Shown piece by piece: positions 47,802-58,088 of a stretch of DNA of 64,000 nucleotides. Every line of letters begins with the position of its first letter. Position 1 is the stretch's first letter. This DNA comes from an uncultured archaeon. Lineage in GTDB: Archaea > Asgardarchaeota > Thorarchaeia > Thorarchaeales > Thorarchaeaceae. The notes beneath the pieces were generated by a model. The model was not told the origin of the DNA. It did no database searches and was given only the letters and a program-made list of their open reading frames with translations. The position numbers and the translations under genes are program-made. Location: contig CAYWJO010000004.1 in assembly GCA_964458565.1 (NCBI GenBank), positions 81,974 through 145,973 of the forward strand. The letters are read 5' to 3'.

Positions 47802-50381
47802 GTGACAAAATTGAGTGATAAATCCAAGATTCTAACTCCCAGTACTGCAGAAGCTATTCGGATGGCTTCTGCTTCAATTCTAGGTACAACAACACGTCAG
47901 GGCTATCCTCTAGGTAGTGCGATAGGTTCAGGTAGTATGATGGAACAGAATTCAGAATCAGTTGCGATGAATGTTACACCACTGATTTTCGCTATAAGCG
48001 AAGCCCTTCGAGATTCAGAGGGACTTGAGCTTCTTAGTATTGAATGGGATTTGGATCATGTACCTGGACCCGAAGTGCTTCCTGAACAATTAGTTGTTTC
48101 AGGTGGAAGTATTGGCGGTGTTAATTCACATGTTTCTGTGTTGAGTTGGGAACGAGGTGTTGTTGATCCATTCAAGATAGATTCACACATCAAGAGCCTC
48201 GCAAAGAAAATTGCAGACGTTGAATTAGCAGTTACTAACAATCAGTTAGACTATGATACCGATGGTTTTCGAGTTCTGAAACGATTCAGTGACAGGTTGA
48301 ATAGTGTTATCTTTGTAGATATGATAGATCGCCGATTTCAAGGTTCATGGGACTCATTTCAGTTAAAACATGACCAAGTTGATGAAGAATTCAGAGTTCG
48401 GTTGAATACGCAGAAAGATTTTACGACTTTACCTCCTGGCCCAAAAATACAGAAAATTTCAGATATCTCCTTCACTGAAGTTCAATCTGAAGAATCAAAT
48501 AAGATACTACATTTCAACCATAGAATTTTGACTCCTGGTGGTTTAGATATAATCGCAAGAAAAATACCCGAAGCTGGGAGAGCTATTCTAAATGAGCTAA
48601 ATGCTTTTGCCTATGGTATCGAAGAAGTAGACATTGCACGTATCACTATTGAATTTCTAGAGGAATTTCTTGGTACGAATTGTATTTCTGTAAATGACTT
48701 ACCTTCGGTTTCAACTAAATCTGAAGAATTTTCGGACATCCTAAGTCAAGCTGTGAGCGCCTGTGAAACGGTATTGGAGGGACACATCACATCTGGAAAA
48801 ACCCTTGATCTTGAAGAACATCATAAACATATACTGGGTGGTCTTGACCAATTAGACTTGGACGGATTTGTAAAGCGATTGGTTTCATCACTTGTGTCTC
48901 AATCGATTAAGGCTTTAGAACGTGAATTTCCAACTGATATACAAATTCGCGCATGGCAATTGAAAAGTACACTCCGATATTATGTTGCATATTCGCAGCG
49001 TGTGTCTCAGTACTTTGTGAAAGAATTCAATCAATATCTGATAATTGCTGCAGCAAGGAAATCATTCATCGCGGCATTAAATGAATTCAAGTCTGGTGTC
49101 CAGGATGAGGGCTGGGACCCGACGGACGTGATGTTGTTCGATAAGTTCTATGACGAGTTGTTCTTACAGCTAAATGCTATCTTCGATAAAACTGCATATA
49201 AGGGGTTAAAACAAAAAACAACAGATGAACTTAATCGAATAATCGCTTCTGAAATGGTTGGCATCTTCAAATTGATAGATATGTGGGATATTGTCAATTT
49301 TGGTGATGTGGCAAAGATCGCTCGGGATGAGATTTCTAAAAGGTATGAATCTGATGAAGGCATCGATACAATTGGCCAATCACTTCTTCATATCCTTGAC
49401 TCCCTAGAACGGTTAGTCTTTGAGATTGTACCTGATTTATCCGATTTCCTTCTATCAAAGAAGCTAATCAGTAGAATTTTGGAATCTCAAGACATATCAA
49501 CAACAACAAGGCAATTTATCGGCCAATCGGAAAAGCCGGACGATTGGAAGAGAGAAGGATTAAGCTGGTGCGATGAATTCATTGATCAAATCGATTCGGG
49601 ATTACCTCTTTCAAAACAACTAATGAACTATCTATCATTTATCCATGAAAAAATTGGGAAAGGTCTTACCGCGAGATTAGTTGTCGATCGAGTTGTTGAA
49701 GTAGCGGATTATCTTGAGAACGAGTACAATTTACAGGTTTCAAAATGTGTAGATCTCTGTAATCAAATAGATGAAGAAAACAATACGATACGGATCCATA
49801 ATCAGAAACGAAATGATTTGCTCATTCAAACCGAGGATCACTATAATAACGATATGAAAGCGTATGAAGCCGCGCTTGCGGAGTATGAACAAAAGAAACT
49901 TCATGCAAGCACTTCAGAAATTCCAATTGAGCTTCCTCCAATACCAACAAAACCGTTACCTCTTGCTGAGCTAAAGGAAAAAGTGATGGCCGAATATCCA
50001 TCTAAGGAAGAGAAAGATAAACCACCAAAACCAGAGCCTTCCCTGGATCATCTACGATATTCCGAATTGCGTGAACTGCTCACTGAGAAATTAGCAAGAA
50101 TGGATGAAAACCAAGAATCTATGGAAAACACATTTTCAGAACAGTTGAAACGGTTGCAAACTGGCGAATACTCAGTTGAAGGGTCTCTTCAGGTTGACAT
50201 TGGTGCCGAGTTTCAAGAATATCTCTTGAATAGCGTTATGAGACTTCTTGGACGGCTTTATCCAAAGGTTACAAGGGTATACATGAGAAATCCTGCTATT
50301 GAGAATCTCTTGTACCTTGTCACTTACGAACACTCTGATGATGAAATCATCGTTCGAGTAGGAGATAATTTTCTGAGGTGA
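47802..50381 (+). CDS. Large helical hypothetical protein (859 aa)
   Basis: Long ORF with a helical core, coiled coil and Pro/Lys-rich linker. Confidence 0.75.
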   Translation: MTKLSDKSKILTPSTAEAIRMASASILGTTTRQGYPLGSAIGSGSMMEQNSESVAMNVTPLIFAISEALRDSEGLELLSIEWDLDHVPGPEVLPEQLVVSGGSIGGVNSHVSVLSWERGVVDPFKIDSHIKSLAKKIADVELAVTNNQLDYDTDGFRVLKRFSDRLNSVIFVDMIDRRFQGSWDSFQLKHDQVDEEFRVRLNTQKDFTTLPPGPKIQKISDISFTEVQSEESNKILHFNHRILTPGGLDIIARKIPEAGRAILNELNAFAYGIEEVDIARITIEFLEEFLGTNCISVNDLPSVSTKSEEFSDILSQAVSACETVLEGHITSGKTLDLEEHHKHILGGLDQLDLDGFVKRLVSSLVSQSIKALEREFPTDIQIRAWQLKSTLRYYVAYSQRVSQYFVKEFNQYLIIAAARKSFIAALNEFKSGVQDEGWDPTDVMLFDKFYDELFLQLNAIFDKTAYKGLKQKTTDELNRIIASEMVGIFKLIDMWDIVNFGDVAKIARDEISKRYESDEGIDTIGQSLLHILDSLERLVFEIVPDLSDFLLSKKLISRILESQDISTTTRQFIGQSEKPDDWKREGLSWCDEFIDQIDSGLPLSKQLMNYLSFIHEKIGKGLTARLVVDRVVEVADYLENEYNLQVSKCVDLCNQIDEENNTIRIHNQKRNDLLIQTEDHYNNDMKAYEAALAEYEQKKLHASTSEIPIELPPIPTKPLPLAELKEKVMAEYPSKEEKDKPPKPEPSLDHLRYSELRELLTEKLARMDENQESMENTFSEQLKRLQTGEYSVEGSLQVDIGAEFQEYLLNSVMRLLGRLYPKVTRVYMRNPAIENLLYLVTYEHSDDEIIVRVGDNFLR

Positions 50382-50385
50382 TAAA

Positions 50386-52842
50386 ATGTCAAGTTCGTGG
50401 ATAATCAAGACTAGACAGATGAGTGAAGCTGGAAAAGCAATCCTACTTAGAGAGGCACTTGCGAATCATATGCGAAGTACCAGAGATCGGCCGATGTTTT
50501 CCACCATACTCTCTGATCCTCGACCTCCCGAAGACATTCTATCTTTCTTTGCAAGCTATTATCTCTATAATTACAGTGGTATTCGATTATTGACATTCGA
50601 TGATAATCAAGATATCTCAATTGAAGCGCGTGATGACTTGGCAAAAGAGGAACGTCGACAACTAGAGCTTGAGATTCGTCAGCTTTTAGGAGTTAAATTC
50701 ATGCAAGAACTCGATGTTTCTCGATCTGCCAGTGAGTTCATCATTCAATTTTGCGACGAGCTAGGTTCTGGAGATCCATATGATGAAGTTGTATTGAATA
50801 GAACAAGGGAGCTAATCATTGAATACCTTGGAAAAATACCAAGTGATTATAGTCCCGCTCTTGATGTTGATTTCGTAAACACAATAACTGGCTGGTCTGA
50901 TACATGGCGAGTTGAGCTATACAACAAGGCATCAGGTCTGAAAGAGACCGCAATGTCATTGCGTGACGAACTTCTGAAGGAACATGAACATGATGTTGTT
51001 GAAACATCCATCCTGAAACGAGGTCTTAAACATCTATTCGGTCGTCTTCAATATTCTGATGGTAGATTGCTGAGTTCCGATATAACCGAGGAATCTTGGT
51101 TTGAGATTGCAAACGCAACTGCACGTCATCTTCTTCTGAATCCAAATGAAGTTAATTCGATAAGGCGTGCCCATCAAATCAGAGTGAATGTTATTGACCT
51201 TTTGGAATCTGATCTTGAAACACCGACAACAATTGAGGATTTTGAAAAGCGAGTAGGACAGCTAGTGATAGCCGAACTTGTTCATGCTCTGAATGATGAT
51301 GTATCTGATGCCTATCTTGTATTATCCTATCTTTTTGCGATTGACCAACACGAAATCAAGAGTAATCTTTCCAGAAATGGGATACAATCTTCTAATGATC
51401 TCTTGATTGGGTTAGCTTCACTCATTGAAGATCCAATTCAATCATCTGATGCAGGATCCGAAATCCCTACAATGTCGCAAGACGAACTCGATCACATAGA
51501 ACGTTCTCTCAAAGTGATTGACAAGTTGGAGCATACACTTGAAAAGCCGATTAAGGGGCTTTTACGGTCTAAAGGTCTCAGAACTTCAGAATTAGATAAA
51601 ATCGATATCACCTTACTAACAAAAGACACATCGACATTACTAGGTATTGAAATTACAGTTCTCGAGGAATTAAAGAAACAAGCAAGAGTTCCAGATCCTC
51701 CAGAGGTCAAATGTCTTCTTGAAATACGTGAGAAAATGAAAAGTGGGGAGTACGGGTCTTTTCAGGGATCGAGTGGTATAGATATGAGTAGAAAGCGCCA
51801 ACAGGAGGGTAGCATTGCTGCTCTAAGATATGACTTTGCTTGGCATTTCATGATCGGTCTATTCAACAGTTTAACAAGAGTTGTAGAAATATATCTTCGT
51901 TCAAAACAGGACCTACTCAGAATAAAGGCGCTGCTCAAAAGTATCTACGAGGGCACAGAATCCGAACTGCAGCATTTAAGAGAAGAGATATTGATCGATG
52001 TCACTTCAATGAGAATCTATGAACTGAAATGTGTCTTTCCGGAACTGGATGCCAGCACTATCTGCACTTGGATGCATGCTCGATTTAGCAGTCTTGATAT
52101 GAATGCAGCAAGAGATGATTTGGAATCAAGTCCGAGCCCTGTATTCGAAGGCATCACTGATGTATCGTTGAAACTTGATGGTCTTGAATTTGACAATTAT
52201 GCAATTGCTTATGATTTGATGCAACGTTTCCTTCTCCAAGAACGAAAGAAAAAGATTGCTAAGGAAGAATTCATGTTAGAATCTCAACGCGAAGAACAAA
52301 AATTAGCTGCGCGACGTAAGGATCAAATTGATGTTCTATCCTGGATTGATACAAAAGCGCACACAGTGTTTAGAGCAATTGGACGGGTGAGTTCCAAGGG
52401 TATTGAATGGTCGAAGAATGATGACATCAAATGTTCGAATCTTCTGGCATTCTATATTAAGATGAAACGTGGTCAACAGATTTGCAGTGTTTGCGGTGAT
52501 TCAGTTGAAGCTGGGAAATGCGAGCGTCATGGAAAGGGTCACACAATTGATGCAGATGACATGGATAATCTTGCCGCGTTCCTAATGAGAGCGATTACTT
52601 CCATCAAGATTGGGCTGATTGGAAAGACAGCTGAACCAATGACTTGGGATGAATCTCGTACTATTGTCCAAAGAGAAATAAATTCATTGAAACGCAAGGG
52701 TAAGATAACATCGAAAACTAATCTAAAAGAACTATTACCTGGCGAAATCAATCAAATTATTGGTCCTGTAATAGCTGCAGTAGTAGGGAAATATTTCAAC
52801 GATTCGCTAGAGTATGCATCTAGACGCGTTGGGTTCGCATAG
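50386..52842 (+). CDS. Large helical hypothetical protein (818 aa) with CxxC...CxxH zinc site
   Basis: Starts 4 bp after the previous stop with a GAGGTGA SD; CSVCG...CERHG. Confidence 0.75.
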   Translation: MSSSWIIKTRQMSEAGKAILLREALANHMRSTRDRPMFSTILSDPRPPEDILSFFASYYLYNYSGIRLLTFDDNQDISIEARDDLAKEERRQLELEIRQLLGVKFMQELDVSRSASEFIIQFCDELGSGDPYDEVVLNRTRELIIEYLGKIPSDYSPALDVDFVNTITGWSDTWRVELYNKASGLKETAMSLRDELLKEHEHDVVETSILKRGLKHLFGRLQYSDGRLLSSDITEESWFEIANATARHLLLNPNEVNSIRRAHQIRVNVIDLLESDLETPTTIEDFEKRVGQLVIAELVHALNDDVSDAYLVLSYLFAIDQHEIKSNLSRNGIQSSNDLLIGLASLIEDPIQSSDAGSEIPTMSQDELDHIERSLKVIDKLEHTLEKPIKGLLRSKGLRTSELDKIDITLLTKDTSTLLGIEITVLEELKKQARVPDPPEVKCLLEIREKMKSGEYGSFQGSSGIDMSRKRQQEGSIAALRYDFAWHFMIGLFNSLTRVVEIYLRSKQDLLRIKALLKSIYEGTESELQHLREEILIDVTSMRIYELKCVFPELDASTICTWMHARFSSLDMNAARDDLESSPSPVFEGITDVSLKLDGLEFDNYAIAYDLMQRFLLQERKKKIAKEEFMLESQREEQKLAARRKDQIDVLSWIDTKAHTVFRAIGRVSSKGIEWSKNDDIKCSNLLAFYIKMKRGQQICSVCGDSVEAGKCERHGKGHTIDADDMDNLAAFLMRAITSIKIGLIGKTAEPMTWDESRTIVQREINSLKRKGKITSKTNLKELLPGEINQIIGPVIAAVVGKYFNDSLEYASRRVGFA

Positions 52843-53170
52843 TGCTATCAGTTGTGGCTGATACCCATTCTGATATCCATTCTAGATACTCCTTCTTACC
52901 CCATTGTACAGGAAGGACTATCAACTCTGGAAGATCATATGGATGGTTTTCTTTGATTTTGTCCCAGATAACACCCTCTCTTCCCGCCATCGTCTTAATC
53001 AGAAGTATACTCTCTTTTTCGGTTTCAATTTGACCTTTCCAGTGATATATACTTACTACATTAGAAATAACGTTTACACACGCACATACTTTTGATTCAA
53101 CCAATGCTTTTGCTATATTTTCTGCATCCTTCTGAGGTGCAGTTGTTATTGCCACTACATAGTTCGTCAT
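52820..53170 (-). CDS. cutA: Divalent-cation tolerance protein CutA
   Basis: ACVN, SIYHWKG, E..LLIKT, HPYDLPE. Confidence 0.9.
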   Translation of the reverse strand: MTNYVVAITTAPQKDAENIAKALVESKVCACVNVISNVVSIYHWKGQIETEKESILLIKTMAGREGVIWDKIKENHPYDLPELIVLPVQWGKKEYLEWISEWVSATTDSTMRTQRV

Positions 53171-53239
53171 ACCTTTTAGCAATGAAGCTGAGACTTAAAT
53201 AGAATGAGCATGCGCCGCAACACTCGTTGGTGTTTTTCC

Positions 53240-54637
53240 ATGACTAAAAGGTATGTGCCTTCAGGTGTAATGCCTGCTCTAGTAACTCCCTTTACCAAGG
53301 ATGGAGATATCATTGAGAACAGTTTCAAAGATGTCATCGACTATACTATTGAAAAAGGAGCAACAGGAATTGTTCCGGCTGGAACCACTGGCGAATTCAT
53401 ATACATGAGAACGGAAGAACGAAAAAAGCTTCTGCGACTTGCAGTAGAATTCGCTGACGGTCGTGTACCAGTTGTAGCAGGGACTGGGCAAAATAGTACA
53501 AGAGCTACGGTTGCTCTAACCAAATATGCTGCTGACATTGGATGTGATGCGGCTCTTGTCATAACGCCATTCTACCTTCGTCCATCTGACAAGGGATATT
53601 ATGAGCACTATGAATCAGTCGCAACCAAGGGTGATTTGCCTGTCATTCTTTATAATATACCTCAGTGCACACTAGGCGTTCTAGAATCAAATGTCGTACT
53701 AGATTTAGCCGAATTGGATAATATCGTCGGGATAAAGGACAGTAGCGGGAATATTCCTTATACAATGGAATTGATTCAAAAACTCAGTGGAAAAATACCA
53801 GTTCTGATTGGTCATGACGAATGCGTCCTATCCGCTATCTCAGCTGGGGCAAGTGCCGCTATTCTTGCATCAGCAAATCTGATACCTCACATCTGGATGG
53901 AAATCATTGAGAATGTCAAGTCTGGTAACATAAAGAGAGCCGCAGAACTTCAACATTCAGTACAGACATTGTCTAGAATTATCACAAGAAACGGAGGCGC
54001 TCCTCCCGTAAAAGCGGGATTCAGAATGATGGGTATAGATGCAGGAAAAGCTCGATTACCTCTTGATACAGGAGGAACACTGACTGTAGAAATGAAAGAG
54101 GAAGTTCGATTAGAGCTTGAGAACCTCAAACTGATCGAATCACTTGTTCATCCAAAACCAACCTCTGCTTCCGAATTACCTGATCTTCTTACCAAAGTTA
54201 TAGGCAAAATAGATCCCTCATCTATAAAAATTGGAACGGGCTCAAATAGTGCAGTTTCATTAGTGACCGCTGCAGGTCCCAAAGATGGTGTTATCGGTGA
54301 AGCGTTTGTTCGATTACTGACTACTCCAAAGGTTGGTCATGAAGCATTGACGGTTATCCTAGAACCTAACCTACCTGTAAAACCTAGCAGCCTAATGTTG
54401 CCAGTACAACAAATCCGTTCGATGCGTCAAGCTTCTCTATTTTATGGGCCAATTCAATCTGGTGCCGCTCGCGCAGTAGCAAACTATCTCTTGGAAAAAC
54501 GGATTCCAAATGATGACTTGGCAAAGAATGTGATGATTATGTTAATCGATGTTGATTTGAACAATAGTGAACGAAGACAACTCACTCGAGCGGCAGAAGA
54601 TGCCACAAGGGACGCTTTGACAAACATGTGGGGGTAA
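53240..54637 (+). CDS. DapA/class I aldolase fused to formaldehyde-activating enzyme (Fae)-like domain, paralog 1
   Basis: GTTGE, YNIP, GIKDSSG; C-terminal GPKDG..GEAF...GH....LEPNLPVKP...QASLFYGPIQ. Confidence 0.85.
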   Translation: MTKRYVPSGVMPALVTPFTKDGDIIENSFKDVIDYTIEKGATGIVPAGTTGEFIYMRTEERKKLLRLAVEFADGRVPVVAGTGQNSTRATVALTKYAADIGCDAALVITPFYLRPSDKGYYEHYESVATKGDLPVILYNIPQCTLGVLESNVVLDLAELDNIVGIKDSSGNIPYTMELIQKLSGKIPVLIGHDECVLSAISAGASAAILASANLIPHIWMEIIENVKSGNIKRAAELQHSVQTLSRIITRNGGAPPVKAGFRMMGIDAGKARLPLDTGGTLTVEMKEEVRLELENLKLIESLVHPKPTSASELPDLLTKVIGKIDPSSIKIGTGSNSAVSLVTAAGPKDGVIGEAFVRLLTTPKVGHEALTVILEPNLPVKPSSLMLPVQQIRSMRQASLFYGPIQSGAARAVANYLLEKRIPNDDLAKNVMIMLIDVDLNNSERRQLTRAAEDATRDALTNMWG

Positions 54638-54642
54638 AACAA

Positions 54643-56121
54643 ATGAATGACGCAAAATTCAGATTCAGAGGGGTGTACCCTGCTCTTGTAACACCATTTA
54701 ATGAGGAAGGTGTCAATGAAAAGCAATATCGTAACCTCATTGACTTTGTTATAAAATCAGGAGCAACTGGAATCGTTCCAATAGGAACAACTGGGGAATT
54801 CACAAGCATGAGATTCGATGAGAAAGTCGAAGCAATACGAATCGCATGTGATGCGGCTAAAGGCCGAGTTCCTGTTCTAGCTGGTACTGGTGATGCCAAT
54901 ACTCGTGATACTCTTAAGATTACAAGACGCGCTGCAGAATTTGGGGCTGATGCAGCTCTTATCGTATCACCTTACTTCCTCAAACCTTCAAACAAGGAGA
55001 TCTACGAGCATTATGAGAAAATTGCTAATAATACTGATATCCCGATATTTCTATACAACATTCCCCAAGTCACCGGAGTTCAACTTAACTGGTGGGTCAT
55101 TGACGGCCTTCGTGAGATAGATGGAATTGTAGGAATGAAGGATTCTAGCGGCGACCTTGTCAATCTCACCACAATCCTTGTGAGAAGACCAGATAACTTC
55201 CAAGTCGTGATTGGTCATGATGAGGTAGCTCTTCCTGCACTTGCATCAGGTTGTGATGGTGCCATTCTCGCAAGTGCAAATGTTTTTCCTGATAGATACA
55301 TCAAGATGCAAGAAGCTATAGCCGCAGGGGACAACAAAGCTGCACTCATCATTCAACGAAGTATTCAGAAGACTGTTCGATTGTTTGTCAACAAGGGTGG
55401 AGGGCTTGCAGTCAAAGTTGCTTTGAATATGATGGGTGTTCCAGTTGGTCTTGCCAGACGACCTTTGCTGGCAGGGGATTCGCTCAGGTATGACGACATT
55501 GACGAGCTACGCACATGCCTTGAGGATCTGCAATTGATTCCTAGAGGTCCTGTAACATACAAGATGGGTAATCGTAGTATGGTGGCAGAGCTTTACCCGA
55601 AGGCTGCTGGTCTTGTTCGAGATATCGTGCCTGATTTGACACTACTTCATGGTGAGGCACTAACTGGTGAGGGACAAGAAATTGCACACGTGGACCTAGT
55701 ACTTGGCCTTAGGGACGGACCACTAAAGGTAGCTCTTAAGAATGCGGATAAGATTGTTGAAGGACATCATTCCTCTATAAAAATCAAGGACTTGGAACCC
55801 GTAACCGTCTTTGCACCAACAGTCACTATCACAAAGGAATCACACAAGAAAATGGTCGAGGAGGTAGCAATGCGCGCTGTATCGGATGCTATCAAGCGTA
55901 CGGTCACTGACGGGATTCTACCTGAAGAGTTGATTCCTGATATTGTGATTGTAGTGAATACATTTGTCCATCCCAATGCTGTCAATCCAAGACGTGTGCA
56001 TATCAATAACTTCAGGGCTGTTCGCCATGCGCTCCGACGTGCTATTGAAGGCCGACAGACAATCGAGGAGATAATTGCTCGGAAAGATTCAGCTAGACAT
56101 CCATTTGCCTACAATCCGTAA
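54643..56121 (+). CDS. DapA/class I aldolase fused to Fae-like domain, paralog 2
   Basis: GTTGE, YNIP, GMKDSSG; C-terminal HGEALTGEGQEIAHVDLVLG...TFVHP...NFRAVRHALRRA...HPF. Confidence 0.85.
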   Translation: MNDAKFRFRGVYPALVTPFNEEGVNEKQYRNLIDFVIKSGATGIVPIGTTGEFTSMRFDEKVEAIRIACDAAKGRVPVLAGTGDANTRDTLKITRRAAEFGADAALIVSPYFLKPSNKEIYEHYEKIANNTDIPIFLYNIPQVTGVQLNWWVIDGLREIDGIVGMKDSSGDLVNLTTILVRRPDNFQVVIGHDEVALPALASGCDGAILASANVFPDRYIKMQEAIAAGDNKAALIIQRSIQKTVRLFVNKGGGLAVKVALNMMGVPVGLARRPLLAGDSLRYDDIDELRTCLEDLQLIPRGPVTYKMGNRSMVAELYPKAAGLVRDIVPDLTLLHGEALTGEGQEIAHVDLVLGLRDGPLKVALKNADKIVEGHHSSIKIKDLEPVTVFAPTVTITKESHKKMVEEVAMRAVSDAIKRTVTDGILPEELIPDIVIVVNTFVHPNAVNPRRVHINNFRAVRHALRRAIEGRQTIEEIIARKDSARHPFAYNP

Positions 56122-56466
56122 TTAGCCTTTGGCCATTTGTTAAGCCATTAGATAGCCATAGTGTGCGAAGGTTACTGCAATCCTTCTATCACGCTCAGTT
56201 CAATTGGTAGTGTGCCTTAGATTGCATCCAAACGGCCTCTCCGTCTATTTTAAGTCGGTTCTAGCTATATATACTCGAAAACCATTCTATGCATACAGAT
56301 GTGGTGTGCATTAACACGCTTATGCACATCAGACTTGTGCACTCCTATAAAAAAATGGGAAAGATATTTTTCTTTCCCATTGCTATATAGGTACTCCTTT
56401 CAGGTAAAATGGAGGAGAGGTTTAACTTTTCCTCCAGCCGCGTTACCACTCTCAGTTGATAAAGGA

Positions 56467-56790
56467 TTAATCCTCCAAGACACTAAAAGATCGCCTCTCT
56501 TCTTCTTCATCGGAAAAATTAGGAATCAATCCCCAACCTGTTTTTTCGATTATGTAATGTATGATCATCTGACTCGTTTTCAGAATCCTCTCAGCACTGT
56601 TCTTGATGGTTTCAGTATTGTCTTCACTGAACAACGCTAGATATGAGGGCGTATTGGGCTCAAGACCGAGAAAGTCTAGCACCACATGGGCAACCCCCTC
56701 TGCCTTTAGCTCTCTCAGGTCTTTACTCGAATAGACGACATCAAGCCCCTAGAGACCAAATTCGAATTCAATAGCCTCGATTAGAATTAA
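56467..56790 (-). pseudogene. Fragment resembling the C-terminus of ArdC-like/zincin mobile-element proteins
   Basis: RELKAEGVAHVVLDFLGL....SYLALF...ERILKTS; an in-frame TAG upstream (56749-51) and no N-terminal domain. Confidence 0.4.
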
Positions 56791-56887
56791 TATATAAGAA
56801 ATAGATGAATATATTAGATAATTGAATAAAGCGGAAGTACGGAGTGCACTTGAATTCAGAAGTGATTCTATGATATAGTTAAAAAAA

Positions 56888-57958
56888 ATGAGGTATAAGT
56901 GTTTCACTATGAAGAATGATGTTACCAGCGAGGTCGATAATCTTGCACATCAGATTATTTGTCTGCGTAATATCTCCAGACTGTTCTCTCAATCTGAAGA
57001 TTTTGACCAGACACTCGATATTCTGGTTCACCTCATACCCGAAGGCTGGCAATATCCAAGCGATACATCTGTAAGAATTCTTCTTGATAACTATGAGGTA
57101 CATACAACCAATTTTGTCAAAACTCCTTGGATGCTGTCAGCACCTATAGGTTCCTCTGAAGAACCAATCGGTACGATTGAGATCTATTATCTTGAAGAGA
57201 AGCAACAATCTCACGAAGGTCCATTCCTAGAGATTGAGAGGACTCTGATTGACACGATTGCAGTTGAATTGGGTACATATATTGAGCGTACACAAATGGA
57301 AAGAACGAAAAAGCAACAGCATATGGAACTTGAGCTTTATGCGTCGCTTCTCAGACATGATTTGCGTAATGATCTTGGGATTGTGTTAGCAAATATTGAT
57401 GCAACTCGACTTCTATCAAATGAGAGGTCTGAAATCATTGACGACTTGATACGTTCATCCGAAGCAGTCTGTGAAAGGATGCTGAAACTTCTCACAGTCT
57501 TTGGTATGTCGTCGAACACAGTCGAGCGTCGGATTGTAACGCTTCTCCGTCAAGTGACTCAACAGGCTCAAGAAGCTCATAGTGTGCTCAAAATCAGGAT
57601 AATTGTTGATCCTGATGATGAAGAACTGAAAGTCCCTGCAAGTAAGCTACTTCCATTAGTATTTGATAATCTCCTTAGAAATGCTGTTGCTCATGCAGGT
57701 GATCACCCCATCGTAGAGATAGAAATCACAAGGTGCGAGAATAACGCTCAAATTATTATTTCCGATAATGGCCCAGGTATAACACTTGAGATCAAGGAGC
57801 AATTATTTTCGAAAGGCACATCCACAAAGAAGGGAGGTGGTCTTGGACTGTATCTGTCAAGAAATGTAATTGAAGCAATGGATGGAACTATTGATTTAAT
57901 TGAGTCTAAGAAAGGTGCCGGAGCCACCTTTCGAATTCTCTTGCCTATGGTGTATTGA
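56888..57958 (+). CDS. Sensor histidine kinase (GAF-like + HisKA + HATPase)
   Basis: GWQYP...EGPFL sensor, RHDLRN, NLLRNA, DNGPG, GGGLGL. Confidence 0.9.
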   Translation: MRYKCFTMKNDVTSEVDNLAHQIICLRNISRLFSQSEDFDQTLDILVHLIPEGWQYPSDTSVRILLDNYEVHTTNFVKTPWMLSAPIGSSEEPIGTIEIYYLEEKQQSHEGPFLEIERTLIDTIAVELGTYIERTQMERTKKQQHMELELYASLLRHDLRNDLGIVLANIDATRLLSNERSEIIDDLIRSSEAVCERMLKLLTVFGMSSNTVERRIVTLLRQVTQQAQEAHSVLKIRIIVDPDDEELKVPASKLLPLVFDNLLRNAVAHAGDHPIVEIEITRCENNAQIIISDNGPGITLEIKEQLFSKGTSTKKGGGLGLYLSRNVIEAMDGTIDLIESKKGAGATFRILLPMVY

Positions 57959-58088
57959 TGAATCAACTTAACTAACGAGTGATTGTGGTTATTGTATCGT
58001 TATCTATGATATATATATATGACATTAGAATATATACTATGAATAAAATATGCAACAAGAGAGAATTGCTGTTTATTTCTAGAAGGGA

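Noticed and set aside
56749-56751. In-frame TAG as a pyrrolysine codon
   Set aside because: The upstream sequence is AT-rich and lacks the rest of the domain, and no pyl genes are in the window, so decay is the simpler explanation.
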